In this document: positions 12,521 through 25,196 of the stretch, piece by piece
Position numbering within the stretch: the stretch's first letter is position 1
Layout: every line of letters begins with the position of its first letter
Source: Callorhinchus milii
Lineage: Eukaryota
NCBI RefSeq assembly: GCF_018977255.1
Contig: NW_024704742.1
Coordinates: 139,068,001-139,132,000, forward strand
DNA length: 64,000 nt
Reading direction: 5' to 3'
Made by a program: the position numbers and the translations under genes
Notes under the pieces: model-generated
What the model saw: the letters and a program-made list of their open reading frames with translations, nothing else
What the model was told of the DNA's origin: nothing
Database searches by the model: none

Positions 12521-13298
12521 CAGGATTACAGCATTTTTTTCTTCGTCTCTTCTGTTTCCCTCACTTGCTGAATGTAATGTTGAAGGACATTTGTTGGCTG
12601 CTGGCAGTCAGAGATGATGATTTAGTGAGTCTCCTCCCCCTGTCAGGTAACATGTCAATGTGACAATCAAAAGGACGTCTGTTCTGTGAGCCGAGCACAG
12701 TGTGACCACAACTCTGCTGCTCACCACAGCCACATACCTCAGCCTCAGGCTGGTGTCTGCCCTGTCTTGCCTCCCATCATCTCCCCGCACCCGGGTAAGC
12801 CTTTCTCTCCTTCTTATAAACTGTGATCTTAATTACAATCTGATCTCCAGTATGAAGCAGTAGAGTTTATCAGCAGTCAGAATAGTGATAAAAGATTAAA
12901 ACTACTGCTATTCTTTCCTGCAGCACAGTAAATACAGCATATCCCTTTCCCATCTCTCCACAGAGTTTCTTACACTGATGTGGGAATAAGAGTGTTTCTC
13001 AGAGGCAGATGTAAGTGTAACTTAAGTGACAAGAATACTTTTCCCCCAATCTCTCTGCCTCGCTCCGTCCTTCCCAGCTTCAGGTTGCGCCTGAAACCTT
13101 CCCATTCACCGTGTCTATGGTCAACCCTCCCCAAACTCAGTATCGTACATCGCCACTGTCAAGTGCACTGGGACGCTACCCTGTGTGAGAGGCGCTGTGT
13201 AAATGCAAGTTGTTGTTAAGACTGTTTCACTGAGGTGAGTGTCGGAGAGAGAATGTTGCATTATCATGGATGAAAGAGAGATGGTGTTGTTATCCACT

Positions 13299-13637
13299 GG
13301 AGTCCTGTAGCTCAGGGGTTGAGCACTCGCTTTGCAAACGAGTTCAATTGCAATTTCAATTGCAAGTTCAATTCCAGTCAGGTCAGGGCAAAACGTTGGG
13401 CGAGTTTCCTTACTCCACACAGAGCCTAATAATATTCCCTCCAAAACCAAAAACAATAATAAATTGGTCATTTTCAATCCACGACTGTTTGTGGGACATT
13501 GCTGTGCGCAATTGGCTGCCACGTTCGCCCACAAATATACAGTCAATTCACTTTACAGTGTGTTCTGTGAAGCGCTTTGGGATGTCCTCCCGACGTGAAA
13601 AGCGCTATATCAAATGCAAGGATTATTATTATTATTA
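13299..13637 (+). mobile_element. tRNA/Deu SINE, young short-linker subfamily
   Basis: TGC-anticodon-like head, cacagagcctaataat linker, Deu core, and tail gcgctttgggatgtcctcccgacgtgaaaagcgc...(TTA)n. Confidence 0.9.
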
Positions 13638-13644
13638 AGAGTAA

Positions 13645-13965
13645 AACCAAGCTGAGATTTACATGTATCCACCTACACATGGAAATCCCAGAGATAGATT
13701 GTTGTAATGGAATGTGCTCTCTCTCTCCCTGGAGAGACAGCTTACCTAATTCCGGAGAGTATTAGGTGCAGGTTGGCAAAAGCCCAGGCTTGGGGACCTC
13801 AAAGTGTACAATGTGTTACGACTGGAGTCTAACCACATAGCATGCCACTGATATCACTGTCTGGCAAGCTTTCCCGCTGCTTGTCCAATTCCAGCTGGGA
13901 CCACTTCATCTGTTAGGGCTTTAGCTTACAGGGTTAACAGGAGCTGAGTGGGAGGATTCAGTGGG
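13645..13965 (+). repeat. Unclassified dispersed repeat, copy 3 (partial)
   Basis: accaagctgaga...ggaaatcccagagatagat...gagctgagtgggaggatt. Confidence 0.75.
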
Positions 13966-13976
13966 AAAAAAAGTGT

Positions 13977-14570
13977 CAAGGGCAAGGAGGGGGAGGATTC
14001 CTGAAATGTGCACAGGAGAACATTCTGGATAAGTACGTTTCCAGCCCAACGAGGAAGGAAGCAGTGCTGGATCTAGTTCTGGGGTATGAAGTGGGGCAAG
14101 TGGAGCAGGTTTCAGTAGGAGAGCATCTGGACAACAGTGAGACAACATCATTAGGTTTAGAGTACTTATGGAAAGGTGAGCAATCAAAGGTGAAATACTC
14201 AACTGGAAGAGGCTAATTTCAGTGAGTTAAACAGGGAGCTCGCCAAGGTCGACTGGAAAGAAAGATTGATGGGTAAACCAATAAACGAGCAATGTAAGGC
14301 CTGCAAGAGGAGATATTCAGATACAGACTAAACACATTCCGATGAAGGGGAAAGGACATTCAAAGCTCCCTGGATGACTAAAGAAATCTGGATTAAAATG
14401 AAACAGAAAAAGCAAGCTTATGATAAATGTCAGGTTCAAAATATGTTAGAGAATGAAGCAGAATACAGAAAGTGCAGAGGAGAGCTGAAAAATGAAATAC
14501 GAGGGACAAAGAGAGTGTATGAGAAAAGGTTAGCGGGTAATATCAAAAGGAACCCTAAGATCTTTTATAA
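13977..14570 (+). mobile_element. CR1 ORF2 fragment; the first ~290 nt duplicate 6280-6570
   Basis: The antisense ORF text at 13921-14202 matches that at 6229-6504 over most of its length. Confidence 0.85.
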
Positions 14571-14574
14571 ACGT

Positions 14575-15955
14575 ATTACCTTCCTGTAACTGACTGTGGA
14601 CAAGACGGAAGCCATACTCCTTGGTTCCCATTATCGTCTTCACCCCAACGGATCTAAACTCCTCAACCTCCCTGGGCTCTTCCTCAGACTCACTGAACAC
14701 TATGCACAAGATCAGCTCATTCAAACTCTGCCGCCAACATACTAACCCCGACCAAACTCCACACCCATATCTTACCAGCTCTGGCCCAGGCTCCATTGAC
14801 ATGGGGACATCACCCAACGCATCGACTTCAAGACCCTCTCACTCTCGTGTTCAAATCCCTTCACTCCCTGTACCCTCCTCTTCACCCTCTATATACTACC
14901 CCTGTGATGACATGGGATTAACTTCCACATGTATGTGGATGACACCCAACTCTACCTTTCCTACTCTACCCTCAACTCCACGACCCCCGATGTCCTGACA
15001 GCTGTCTGTCCGACATCGAGTCCTGGACGAGAGACAACTTTCTTCAGCTCAACGTGCGAAAAACCGAGGCCCTCCTGATTGGCTCACGTCAGCGTCTCCG
15101 CACCTCAGGCGCTGACAGCATCAGCTCCGCACTCTCCACCTCTCAAAGCCATCAGGAACCTCGGGGTTCCCCTCGACCCTGAGCTGTCCTTTCTCCCTCA
15201 TATCCGCACCACAACTGGCACCGCCTTCCATCACCTCTGGAACATCACCAGACTACGGCACTAACTCACCCCTCACGCGGCTGAAACTCTGGTCCACGCC
15301 TTTATCACCTCAAGGCTGGACTATGAGAACTCTCTCCTCGCCGGCCTTCCCGGCCCTCCCTCCACACTGCAGGTCATTCAGAACTCTGCAGCTCGTGTAC
15401 TGTCCCGCACCAGACACCGCGACCACATCACTCCCACCCTCACCCTCACCCTCACTCTCACCCTCGCCCTCATCCTCACCCTCGCTCGCCTCCACTGCTC
15501 CCCATCTCCCAGAGGATCGAATTCAAGATCCTCATCCTTACCTACAAGGCCATTCCTGGCCTCGCTCCCTCCTACCTCTCTGACCTGCTATCCCCCTACG
15601 TACCTGTCTGTACCCTCCGTTCCTCTGGCTCCGGTCTGCTCCACATTCCCCGCCCCAACCGCCCGACCATCGGNGGCCTTCAGTCTCTCAGCCCCGAGGC
15701 TCTGGAACTCCATCGCCCGGTGCCTTCGCCGTTTCCTCCTTCCTCCTTCAAGGCCGGTCTCAAGACCTTTCTCTTTGACCGTGCCTTCAGCTCCCCTCTC
15801 AACTCTCTACCCCCTCCTCGCTCCCTCCCTTCGCTCCCCTCACCCTGACCATTTCCCCCCAATGCTCGGGTCCTGACCCGTATGTACAGCGCCTTGGGAC
15901 GTCCTCCCGACATGAAAGGCGCTCTATAAATGGAATCTTGTTGTTGTTGTTGTTG
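14575..15955 (+). mobile_element. L2 LINE 3' part with (TTG)n tail
   Basis: [26 protein letters not shown] and a hexamer expansion at the HITPTL site; tail gcgccttgggacgtcctcccgacatgaaaggcgctctataaat...ttgttgttg. Confidence 0.9.
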
Positions 15956-15956
15956 A

Positions 15957-16900
15957 TTGGTGTCGTGGGGTTGGTGTAGTTGTGTTGGTATAGTAGGGTT
16001 GTTGTAGTGGGGTTGGTGTCGTGGGGTTGGTGTCATGGGGTTGGTGTAGCGGGGTAGGTGTAGCGGGGTTGGTTTAGCGGGGTTGGTGTACTAGATGTGG
16101 TGTAGTAGAGGTGGTGTAGTAGAGGTGGTGTAGTGCGGTTGGTGTAGTGGGGCTGGTGTAGTGGGGTTGGTGTAGTGGGTTTGGTGTAGTAGAGTTGGTG
16201 TTGTAGGGTTGGTGTAGTGGGGTTGGTGTTGTGGGGTTGGTGTAATGGGGCTGGTGTAGCAGCATTGGTGGAGTAGGATTGGTTTAATGGGGTTGGTGTA
16301 GTGGGGTTGGTGTAGTTGTGTTGGCATAGTGGGGTTGGTGTAGTGGAGTTGGTGTAGTGGGGTTGGTGTAGTGGGGTTGGTGTAGCTGAGTTGGTGTCAT
16401 GGGGTTGGTGTAGCGGGGTTGGTGTAGCAGGGTACGTGTAACGGGGTTCTTGTAGCGGGGTTGGTGTAGTAGAGGTGGTACAGTAGAGGTGGTATAGTGG
16501 GACTGGTGTAGTGGGGCTGGTGTAGTGGGGTTGGTGTAGTGGGGTTGGTGTAGTGGGGCTGGGGTAGTGGGGCTGCGGTATGGGGTTGGTGTCGTGGGGT
16601 TGGTGTCGTGGGCTTGATGTATAGGGGTTTGTGTTTTGGGGTTGGTGTTTTGGGGTTGGTGTACAAGGCTTGTGTATAGGGCTGGTGTATAGGGCTGGTG
16701 TAGTGGGGTTGGTGTAGTGGGGTTCGTGTAGCGGGGTTGGTGTAGTTGTGTTGGCATAGTAGGGTAGCTGAGTTGGTGTCATGGGGTTGGTGTACAGGGT
16801 TGGTGTAGTGGGGTTGGTGTATAGGGCTGGTGTATAGGGCTGGTGTACAGGGTTGGTGTATAGGGCTGGTGTACAGGGCTGGTGTATAATGTTGGTGTAC
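15957..16900. repeat. 14-nt minisatellite (GGGGTTGGTGTAGT)
   Basis: About 65 variant units starting directly after the L2 tail. Confidence 0.95.
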
Positions 16901-16950
16901 CTGTTGAATGCTGTGTTGAGGTTAGCCGTCTCTCCAGCGCTGGTGTGTCA

Positions 16951-17652
16951 GGTGAAGCTCTGTGGTGAAGCTCTGTGGTGATGCTCTGTGGTGATGGTCT
17001 GTGGTGATGCTCTGTGGTGAAGCTCTGTGGTGATGCTCTGTGGTGAAGCTCTGTGGTGATGCTCTGTGGTGAAGCTCTGTGGTGATGCTCTGCGGTGATG
17101 CTCTGCGGTGAAGCTCTGCGGTGAAGCTCTGCGGTGATGCTCTGTGGTGATGCTCTGTGGTGAAGCTCTGTGGTGATGCTCTGCGGTGATGCTCTGCGGT
17201 GAAGCTCTGTGGTGATGCTCTGTGGTGATGCTCTGTGGTGAAGCTCTGTGGTGATGCTCTGTGGTGATGCTCTGTGGTGAAGCTCTGTGGTGAAGCTCTG
17301 TGGTGAAGCTCTGTGGTGAAGCTCTGTGGTGAAGCTCTGTGGTGATGCTCTGTGGTGAAGCTCTGTGGTGAAGCTCTGTGGTGATGCTCTGTGGTGATGC
17401 TCTGTGGTGAAGCTCTGTGGTGATGCTCTGCGGTGATGCTGTGGTGAAGCTCTGTGGTGATGCTCTGTGGTGATGCTCTGTGGTGAAGCTCTGTGGTGAT
17501 GCTCTGCGGTGATGCTGTGGTGAAGCTCTGTGGTGATGCTCTGTGGTGAAGCTCTGTGGTGATGCTCTGTGGTGAAGCTCTGTGGTGATGCTCTGCGGTG
17601 ATGCTGTGGTGAAGCTCTGTGGTGATGCTCTGCGGTGATGCTGTGGTGAAGC
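16951..17652. repeat. 13-nt minisatellite (GGTGA[A/T]GCTCTG[T/C])
   Basis: About 54 highly homogeneous units. Confidence 0.96.
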
Positions 17653-17761
17653 AGCAGTGGTTTGCAGGTGGTGCCTCAGGTGCTGAAGCTGTGCGGCTCT
17701 CCCCGGTTCAATATCGATTGTTGCTCACTGTGCCTCGTCTCCTGCCGCCGTGTGCCTGATG

Positions 17762-18093
17762 TGGAGTCTTGTTGCTTATTATTGAGAGAACTCGCTTCAC
17801 AAGTGAGAGGACCTGGATTCAATTCCTGGGCAGAGCAATACCTTAGGCAACTTTCCTTACTCCATGGCTCTGTTTATCTGTCGATTGGTGGATCACTTTT
17901 CCAGGGTTAATAATCCTTCAAAAGTAAATACATAATAATAAAAATTTGTTCACTCAACCCTCAGTTGTTTGTGCGACAGCCTTACGCAATTGGCTGCTGT
18001 GTTTCGCCCATCAAATTATGGTCAATTCACTTTACAGTATATTCTGTGAAGCTGAATACGTGATAACACTTTAAAACAAATGCAAGTATTATT
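17762..18093 (+). mobile_element. tRNA/Deu SINE (diverged)
   Basis: Head, Deu core and tail are recognisable. Confidence 0.75.
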
Positions 18094-18248
18094 ACTGACT
18101 CTCGTGCAATGTTTATATGAAAAAGGAAAAATAGGTCTCGGCTGTATCAGGTGAAAGGTCTTCAGGTCTCTCCTAACTGCAAGGGTTAAAGGTCTCTTAA
18201 TCTCTGGTTCACAAGCAGATCTGCAGTGTGGTACCAAGCTCTGTGTAA

Positions 18249-18429
18249 ATGAGCAAAAGCAGCAACGACGACAGCATTGCTGCCAGAACAATGGAGCAGG
18301 TGCAGCAGGGAATCCGCAAACATGGCATCAGGGCAAAGAAAAGGGTCGCGAGGATCACCAGGAAAGATGTTGCAAACTATTTCAAGAGGAATGCCTTTGT
18401 GATCCTCACAATGATGGGGGTCATTCTGG
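18249..18429 (+). CDS. SLC1A3: Excitatory amino acid transporter (EAAT1/GLAST-like), first coding exon
   Basis: ATG at 18249 gives MSKSSNDDSIAARTMEQVQQGIRKHGIRAKKRVARITRKDVANYFKRNAFVILTMMGVILG, resembling the SLC1A3 N-terminus (MTKSNGEE...RNAFVLLTVTAVIVG). It is 181 nt and ends in phase 1 at a G|gtaagt donor. Nearby WDR70 supports SLC1A3 over the paralogues SLC1A6/slc1a8. Confidence 0.88.
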
Positions 18430-18459
18430 GTAAGTCATAGCATTGTCACACTAAGCTCC

Positions 18460-20310
18460 GTGCCCCCATCACCCCAGCCCTCCCCAGGCTTCACTGTCTC
18501 CCCATTGCCAAATGGATCAATTTCAAGATCTCATTCATTTTCAAATCACTTCATGCCCTTTCACCTCCCTAGCCATCCGACCTGCTTCCCCCCCACTCCA
18601 CCATCCATTGCCTCCACTTGGCTGGCACCTGTTTGTCCCTCATCCCCTCTGTTCCACCATCGCCCCAAAACTCTGGAACACTTTTCCTTAATTTGTCCGC
18701 CTTGCCCCCTCCCTCCTCACTTTTGTGTATTAACGGTGTGCCAACCCCCAGTCTGTGCTGTAGTCACTGTGTACCCCACTCTGTGCTGTAGTCCCTTTTT
18801 ATTAGTTGACCATCTTCTCCCTTGACCCCATCCCTACCCCTCTCCTTACCTCTCAGCTCTACCTCCTTGCACCCTTCTAATGGACATCATCAAAAACCTC
18901 TCCCTGTCCACTGGCACAGTTCCCACCCCTCAAAAACAGCCATCATCACCCCCATGCTCAAAAAGCCTTCCCTGGACCAAACCTTGTTCTCCAACTACCA
19001 CCCGATTTCCAACCTCCCTTTCTTCCCAAGGTCCTTGAACAAATCATTGCTTCCCAGTTTTGCACATTCCTCTCCCGCCAGTCCCTATATGAATCCCTCC
19101 AATCTGGTTTCCTGCCCATAGCTCAGAGACAGCCTTGGTCAAAGATACAAATGACGTTCTGTCCATCTGTGACCTGGGCTCTCTCTGTCTCCTTGTGCTT
19201 CTCGATCTCTCTGCTGCCTTGGACATTGTTGTCCACTCTATCCTCCACCGCCCTTCCTCTCAGCTCCACCTTCATGGTTCTGTTTTACTCCTGGTTTCAC
19301 TCTAACCTCTCACACTGCCTCCACTTCATCTCCACAAACAGCTTCTCCTCTAGCCCCCGCACCGTCTCGTGCGGCATTCCTCAGGACTCTGTGCTTGGTC
19401 CCTTCCTCTTCAACATCTATATGCTCCCTCTTTGTGACATGATCCGCAGACATGGGGTCAACTCCCACATGTGTGCAGATGACACCAAACTGTACCTCTC
19501 TTCCTTCACCCTTGACTCCAGGACCCACTGCTGTCCTGACAAAATGTCTGTCAGATGTCAAGTCCTGAATGAGAGCTAACGTTTTTCAGTTGAACGTCAA
19601 CAAAACCGAGGCTCTTATGGTTCCCGTCAGCTCCTCCTCACCTCAGGCGCTGACAGCATCACCATCCACAGCTGCTCACTCCACCTCACTGAGCCATTAC
19701 AGAATCTTTGTGTCCTGTTCAACCCTCAACTATCATTTGAACCCCACATCCATGTCATGACCCGATCTGCCTTCCCCCACCTCCGCAACATTGCCTGCCA
19801 CCGCCACTATCTCTCCCCCTAGGCTGCCGAGACCCTCAGCTTTTATGCTCCCACCTTCTGGAACTCCAACCTGGAGGCCCTCCATCTTACCCTCTGTTTT
19901 TACCCTCTAAACCTCTTGATTCCAACAGCTTTCTTGGCTGTAAACCCTTAACTGTCCAGCACCTTGCGATGTCCTTCCGACTTGAAAGGCGCTGTACAAA
20001 TGTCATTTTTGTTGTTGTCTCAGCCACGCTCTGTGCTGCAGTTACTGTGTGTACAGGTGTCTCTCTGTGTTCCACGGCATTGCTCCTCCCTACCTCTGTG
20101 ACCTGCTGACCCCGTATCAACCTTTCCATTTCCTCCACTCAGCAGCCTCTGGTCTGCTCCATGTCCCCTGCCCAGCCCGCCCCACCATCGGCGGCCGGCC
20201 CTCCACCCTCCTGATCGCAACCCCCAGCTCAGGTGCAAATCCCTGACTGTCCAATGCCTTGGGACAACCTCCTGACTTGAAAGACGCTGTGTAAATGTCA
20301 CGTGTTGTTG
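18460..20310 (+). mobile_element. Cluster of older L2 fragments in the first coding intron
   Basis: KTAIITPMLKKPSLD..NYHPISNLPF; GIPQDSVLGPFLFNIYMLPL; MCADDTKLYLS; two L2 tails at ~19960-20020 and ~20250-20310. Confidence 0.85.
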
Positions 20311-20333
20311 AAATGACTCTTCTTCTCCTCCAG

Positions 20334-20471
20334 GAATTATCCTTGGCTTCAGCCTCAGAAAATACCACATGAACTTTCGTCAAGTCAGATATTTCTCATT
20401 TCCCGGGGAGCTCCTGATGCGCATGTTACAGATGCTGGTGCTGCCGCTCATTGTGTCCAGCCTGGTCACAG
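20334..20471 (+). CDS. SLC1A3: EAAT1-like, second coding exon
   Basis: Acceptor tcttctcctccag; 138 nt; encodes (G)[46 protein letters not shown] with the SLC1 signature [10 protein letters not shown]; donor G|gtgagg; phase is compatible with the previous exon. Confidence 0.93.
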
Positions 20472-20633
20472 GTGAGGGTCTAGAGCACACAATTCAACTC
20501 ATACCTCAGCCTTGGTTACCGCAAGTTCTCCAACTCTTAGTCAAACATATGTTCAGACGACGTTCTCATTCTCAGTGGTTAGAGCACTCGCCTCGCAAGT
20601 GAGAGGATCTGGTTTGATTCCTGTCAGGGCGAA

Positions 20634-21303
20634 ACTAAGCCAGTCAGGAACCTGGGTGTCTTGTTGGACCCTGAACTGTCCTTTCTCCCCCACATCCGCG
20701 CCATGACCGGCATTGCCTACCACCTCCTCAACATTGCCAGACTCCGCCACTGCCTCACCCCTCAGGCCCCCAAACCCTCACCCTCGCATTTGTCACCTCA
20801 AGGCTCGATTACAGGAACTCCCTCCTCATCGGCCTTCCGAACGCTTCTCTTCAAAAGCTGCAGATCATCCAAAACTCTGCAGCTAATGTACTCTCACTCA
20901 TCAGGCTCCGTGACCCCATCACTCCCACCCTCGCCCGACCCCATCACCCCCACCCTCGCCCAACCCCATCACCCTCACCCGACCCCATCACTCCCACCCT
21001 CGCCCGACCCCATCACCCCCACCCTCGCCCAACCCCATCACCCTCACCCTCGCCCGAACCCATCACCCTCACCCTCGCCCGACCCCATCACCCCACCCTC
21101 GCCCAACCCCATCACCCTCACCCTCACCCGACCCCATCACCCCCATCCTCGCCCAACCCCATTACCCCCACCCTCGCCCAACCCCATCACCCCCACCCTC
21201 GCCCAACCCCATCACCCCCACCCTCCCCCAACCCCATCACCCCCACCCTCCCCCGACCCCATCACCCCCACCCTCCCCGACCCCATCACCCTCACCCTCG
21301 CCC
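20634..21303 (+). mobile_element. L2 fragment with internal ~25-nt tandem expansion (20910-21303)
   Basis: DPELSFLPHIRAMT...; CCCCATCACCCCCACCCTCGCCC(G/A)A repeats; similar to 55581-55955. Confidence 0.88.
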
Positions 21304-22065
21304 ACTATTATCGCTTTACCTTTCCTACACGCTCCACTGATTTCCTGATTGATACCCTGTGCTATATTGTGATCGCTGTTTGGGGGTCTATAAACCACTC
21401 CCATTAATATTTTCTGCCCTTTATTATTGTTTATTTCCACCCATATTGTCTCGACTTCCTGGTCATCGGATCTCAAATCCTTCCTCTCCACTGCTTTTAT
21501 TTAATCCATAATTAACAGGGCTCCCCCCCCGCACCTCGTTTCTCACAGTGCCTATCTTTCCTGTAAACTGAGAACCCTGGAATATTTAACTCCCCCTCGA
21601 TCTCCTTGTAACCATGTTTCAGTGATGGCTACCAGATCGTACCCATATGTGTCTATCTGTGCTTTTAAATCATCAGTTTTATTCCGAATGCTTCGCACAT
21701 TCAGATATAACATTTTTAATTTCGACCATTTCCTAACCCTAACCCTAACCCTAACCCTCTGATTGCTTATCGGCTTTGCCAAGCTTTTTACCCCTCGTTA
21801 ACATATTCCTATTATCTGGCAGGCTATTCTGCACTGTCATCTTTACTGTTTCTAATGCTAACTTATGGTTTCTCTTACCTATATATTCCCCCCTTTACTA
21901 GTTTAAATTCCTATTTATTTCCCTGTTAATTAGTTTAGCTCGGACATTTGTCTCAGCACAATTTAAATGCAGCCCTTTTCTCTGAAAGAGCTCTATTTTC
22001 CTCCAATACTTGTGCCAATGGCCCATAAAAAGAAACCTCTGAGTTCCGCACCACTCTTTTAGCCA
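21301..22065 (-). mobile_element. CR1 ORF1 end and endonuclease start, containing a (CCCTAA)n tract
   Basis: LYLNVRSIRNK...DLVAITETWL; ETIWVEINNNKGQKILMGVVYRPP. Confidence 0.85.
21732..21758 (-). repeat. Short interstitial telomeric tract, about four TTAGGG units
   Basis: cctaaccctaaccctaaccctaaccct. Confidence 0.85.
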
Positions 22066-22179
22066 AGTGGGTTCAAGAGTGTGTGAGTGAGTGAGTGAGT
22101 GAGTGAAGTGTGTGTGAGTGTATTGTGTGTGTCATTGAGTGTGAGCAAACAGCAGTTTGGGGAGTATAGGGTATTCACC

Positions 22180-22915
22180 ATGGAGATGTAAACAGTGATG
22201 TTGCTCAGGGGCCCTGTTAGAGCCACTGCTTTTCTCCATTTAGGGGGATAGGTACATCAGGCATTGGGCAGAGAGATGGCAAATGGAGTTTAATGCAGGT
22301 GAATGTGCTGTTATATATTTTAGGCAGATGAATAATGAGAGTGAGTATACGGTGAGTGGTAAAACATTAAAAGGAGTGTTAGACCAGAGGGACTTGGAGA
22401 TTAAATATAAATGTACACAAATCCTTAATGGTGGAAATGCAGGTGGACAAAGATGTCAAGAAAATTAATGGAATCCTAGGTTTATAAATAGGGGAATAGA
22501 ATATACAAGCAAAGAGGTGATGCTAACTTATATAAATCATTAACTAAACCAGTTAGAATATTGTGTCCAGTGCTAGTCACACACCCGCTGGGGTGTAGAG
22601 GAGATTTACTCGGGGACACTGGGAGGAGTGGTTTGGCCTATGAGCAGAGACTGAAGGAACTGGTACTTTTTCAACTGGAACAGAGGCTGAGAGAGACCTG
22701 ATCAAGGTGTTTAAAATGTTGAGGGGTTTCGATACAGGGAGACAGTAATCCCACTGGTCGGTGAGTCAGTAACTAGAGGGCAGCAATGTAAGAGTGCTAG
22801 TAAACCAGCAATAGAGTGGTTAGTAGAGACAGTTTCACACACAGAGGGTTAAGGTATGGAATATTCTGCTGGGAACAGTGCATGAGGCAGAATCCACATA
22901 AGCTTTCAAAAGGGA
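22180..22915 (+). mobile_element. Older CR1 3' fragment
   Basis: WQMEFNAGECAVIYF; LEYCVQ; DLIKVFKML. Confidence 0.75.
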
Positions 22916-22929
22916 AAGACAAAGTTGTG

Positions 22930-23293
22930 AAGTCCTGTAGCTTTGAAGTTGGAGCACTCGCCTCGCAAGCAAGAGAACCTGGGTTTGATTCGCGGAGAGG
23001 GTGAAATGTTAGTCACGCTTCCTTACTCCACACACCTTTGTTTACCTAGCAGTAAGTATGAACCCAGTTGTTAGTTGATTTGGATCACATTCTGGGGGAT
23101 TAATCGTTTAAAAAAACTAATAATGTGGTCACTCAATCCACTACTGTCTGTGGGACACTGCTGTTCGCAATTGACTGCTATGTTTTGCCCACAAAATAGT
23201 CAATTTACTTTCCAATACATTCTCTTAAGCACTTTGAGAAGTCTTGAAGATGTGATAAGACGCTATATCAAATGCAAGTTTTATTATTATTAT
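22930..23293 (+). mobile_element. tRNA/Deu SINE, long-linker subfamily
   Basis: CGC-type head, linker, Deu core and (TTA)n tail. Confidence 0.82.
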
Positions 23294-23479
23294 GACTACT
23301 GTATGTTTTCTTTCCCAATGATTGTTCCCAGCAGATTGTTGCTCAGCACTCCTTTATCCATTGCAGATTTAATATTTTCTCAGTCAACAAGATATCACAT
23401 CTTTGCATTTTTGAATAAGTTAATGAAATGCTGCAAAATTGCATCTCAAAGAGAGCCGGGCTAGGCTGGGGTTAAAGGG

Positions 23480-24625
23480 TCAACCCCACGCTCGCCCGGC
23501 TCCACTGGCTCCCCATCCCCCAGAGGATAGAGTTCAAAATCCTGGTCCTCAGCTTTAACGCCCTCCACGGCCTTGCTCCTTCCTACCTCTGTGACCTGCT
23601 AACCTCATATCAACCTGCCCCTCCCTCCACTCAGCAGACTTCGTCCTGCTCTGTGACCCCCACATGGCCCACCATCAGGGGTCGGGCCTTCAGCCTCTCT
23701 GCCCCCATCCTCTGGAACTCCATCCCACATTCCCTTCGCCTTGCTCCCGCTCTTGCCTCCTTGAAGGCTCAACTCAAGATACAACAACAACTTGCATTAT
23801 ATAGCGCCCTTCACGTGGGGTAACATCCCAGAGCTTCTCTTTGACCATGCCTTCAGTCACCCTCGTACCCCTACCCTTCCTCCTCTCCACCCTTCCTGAT
23901 CTCAATCCCCTGCTTGGATCCAAATCCCTGACTGTCCAGCGCTTTGGGACATCCTCCCAATCTGAAAGGGGCTCCACAACAACAACAACAACAACTTGCA
24001 TTTATACAGCGCACTCCAGGCCGGGCGGTATCTCATAGCTTAACAATGGCGGAGGCCGGGCCGGGGGGAGGGGAAGGGGGAGGGGGAAGTGACCATAGAC
24101 CGGTCGAAGAGGAAGGTCTTCAGGCGAGACCTGACGATGGGGAAGGAGGGGACGAGGCCAAGGGCTCGAGGGAGGGAGTTCCACAGTTTCAGGGGGTAGT
24201 GGCTGAAGGCACGGCCGCCGATGGTGGAGTGGAGGTTTCGGGGGACGCGGAGGAGGCCGGAGCCAGTGGAGAGGAGGCAGCGGGTACTGCTGTGGGGAGA
24301 GAGGAGGTTAGAGAGAGGGGGGGCAAGGAATGGAGGGTTTAAACACGAGAGTGAGGATCTGGAAGTGGATCCGCTCTGTGACCGGAGCCAGTGGGGTTTG
24401 GCCGGGACTGGAGTAATCGGGGACGGGGTTTGGTGCGAATGCGCGGGTTTGAATGAGCTGAAAATTGTGAATAGTGGAGGAGGGGAGACCGACGAGGAGG
24501 GGGTTAAGAGTCGTCCAACCGAGAGGTGACAAAGGCACAGACAAGGGTTTCGGCAGCTTTTGGGGTGAGGTAGTGTCGGAGACGGGCAATGTGCCGGAGG
24601 TGGGAGAAAGTGGGGCTGGTCAGGA
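23480..24625. mobile_element. Cluster of L2 3' fragments on both strands, tail to tail
   Basis: LHWLPIPQRIEFK on + (23500); (CAA)n tails at 23781 and 23977 mark minus-strand copies. Confidence 0.75.
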
Positions 24626-24979
24626 ATAGATATATATACCTATGTAATCTGTTGTTGTTGTTGAAAAAGAAAGGGCTAGAGCTGCTGTAGAAACTGTGTG
24701 TGGAAGTGGCTGTACTCACTGGGGTAAGAGGCTGACCGGCTGGTGCTGTCCTTTGTCTTGTGTGAGCTTTGTAGTTGTGGAGTTGGCAAGCTCTTGTGTT
24801 ATCTGAGAGTTGGCTCGAGGACAGTCAGTCCGTTGTGCTCCATCATTACAATGAACTTCCCTAGAGAAAGCATCCTGGTGTGAATCAATCAGTTGCTGTT
24901 GATGAACCCTCCATGGCTCCCTCTAAGGCCTCTTTGGTTTCTTTACCCACCACTGAGTTGCACAAAGACCATAAGTGCC

Positions 24980-25196
24980 AATGAGTGTCCCACAAACAGT
25001 CGTGGATTGAATCATTTTTATTATTTTTTTTGAAGCGATTTTTATCCCGGAGAAAGACTCAATCGATTAACATTCAGGTTCCTACTTACTGCTAGGCAAA
25101 TAGAGGTGTGTGGAGTTAGGAAACTTGCCCAAGAATCGAACCCAGGTCTTCTCGCTTGAGAGGCGAGTGCTCTAACCACTGAGCTATAGGATTCCA
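24980..25196 (-). mobile_element. tRNA/Deu SINE, 5' two-thirds
   Basis: Reverse-complement head gagtgctctaaccactgagctataggattcca. Confidence 0.8.

Noticed and set aside
16033..16782. Mucin-like Thr/Pro-rich ORFs
   Set aside because: They come from a 14-nt tandem repeat with no splice or domain evidence.
18249..20471. Assignment to SLC1A6 or SLC1A2
   Set aside because: The N-terminus and the KENMHREG motif fit SLC1A3 better, and the WDR70 neighbour agrees. An slc1a8-type paralogue cannot be fully excluded without a tree.
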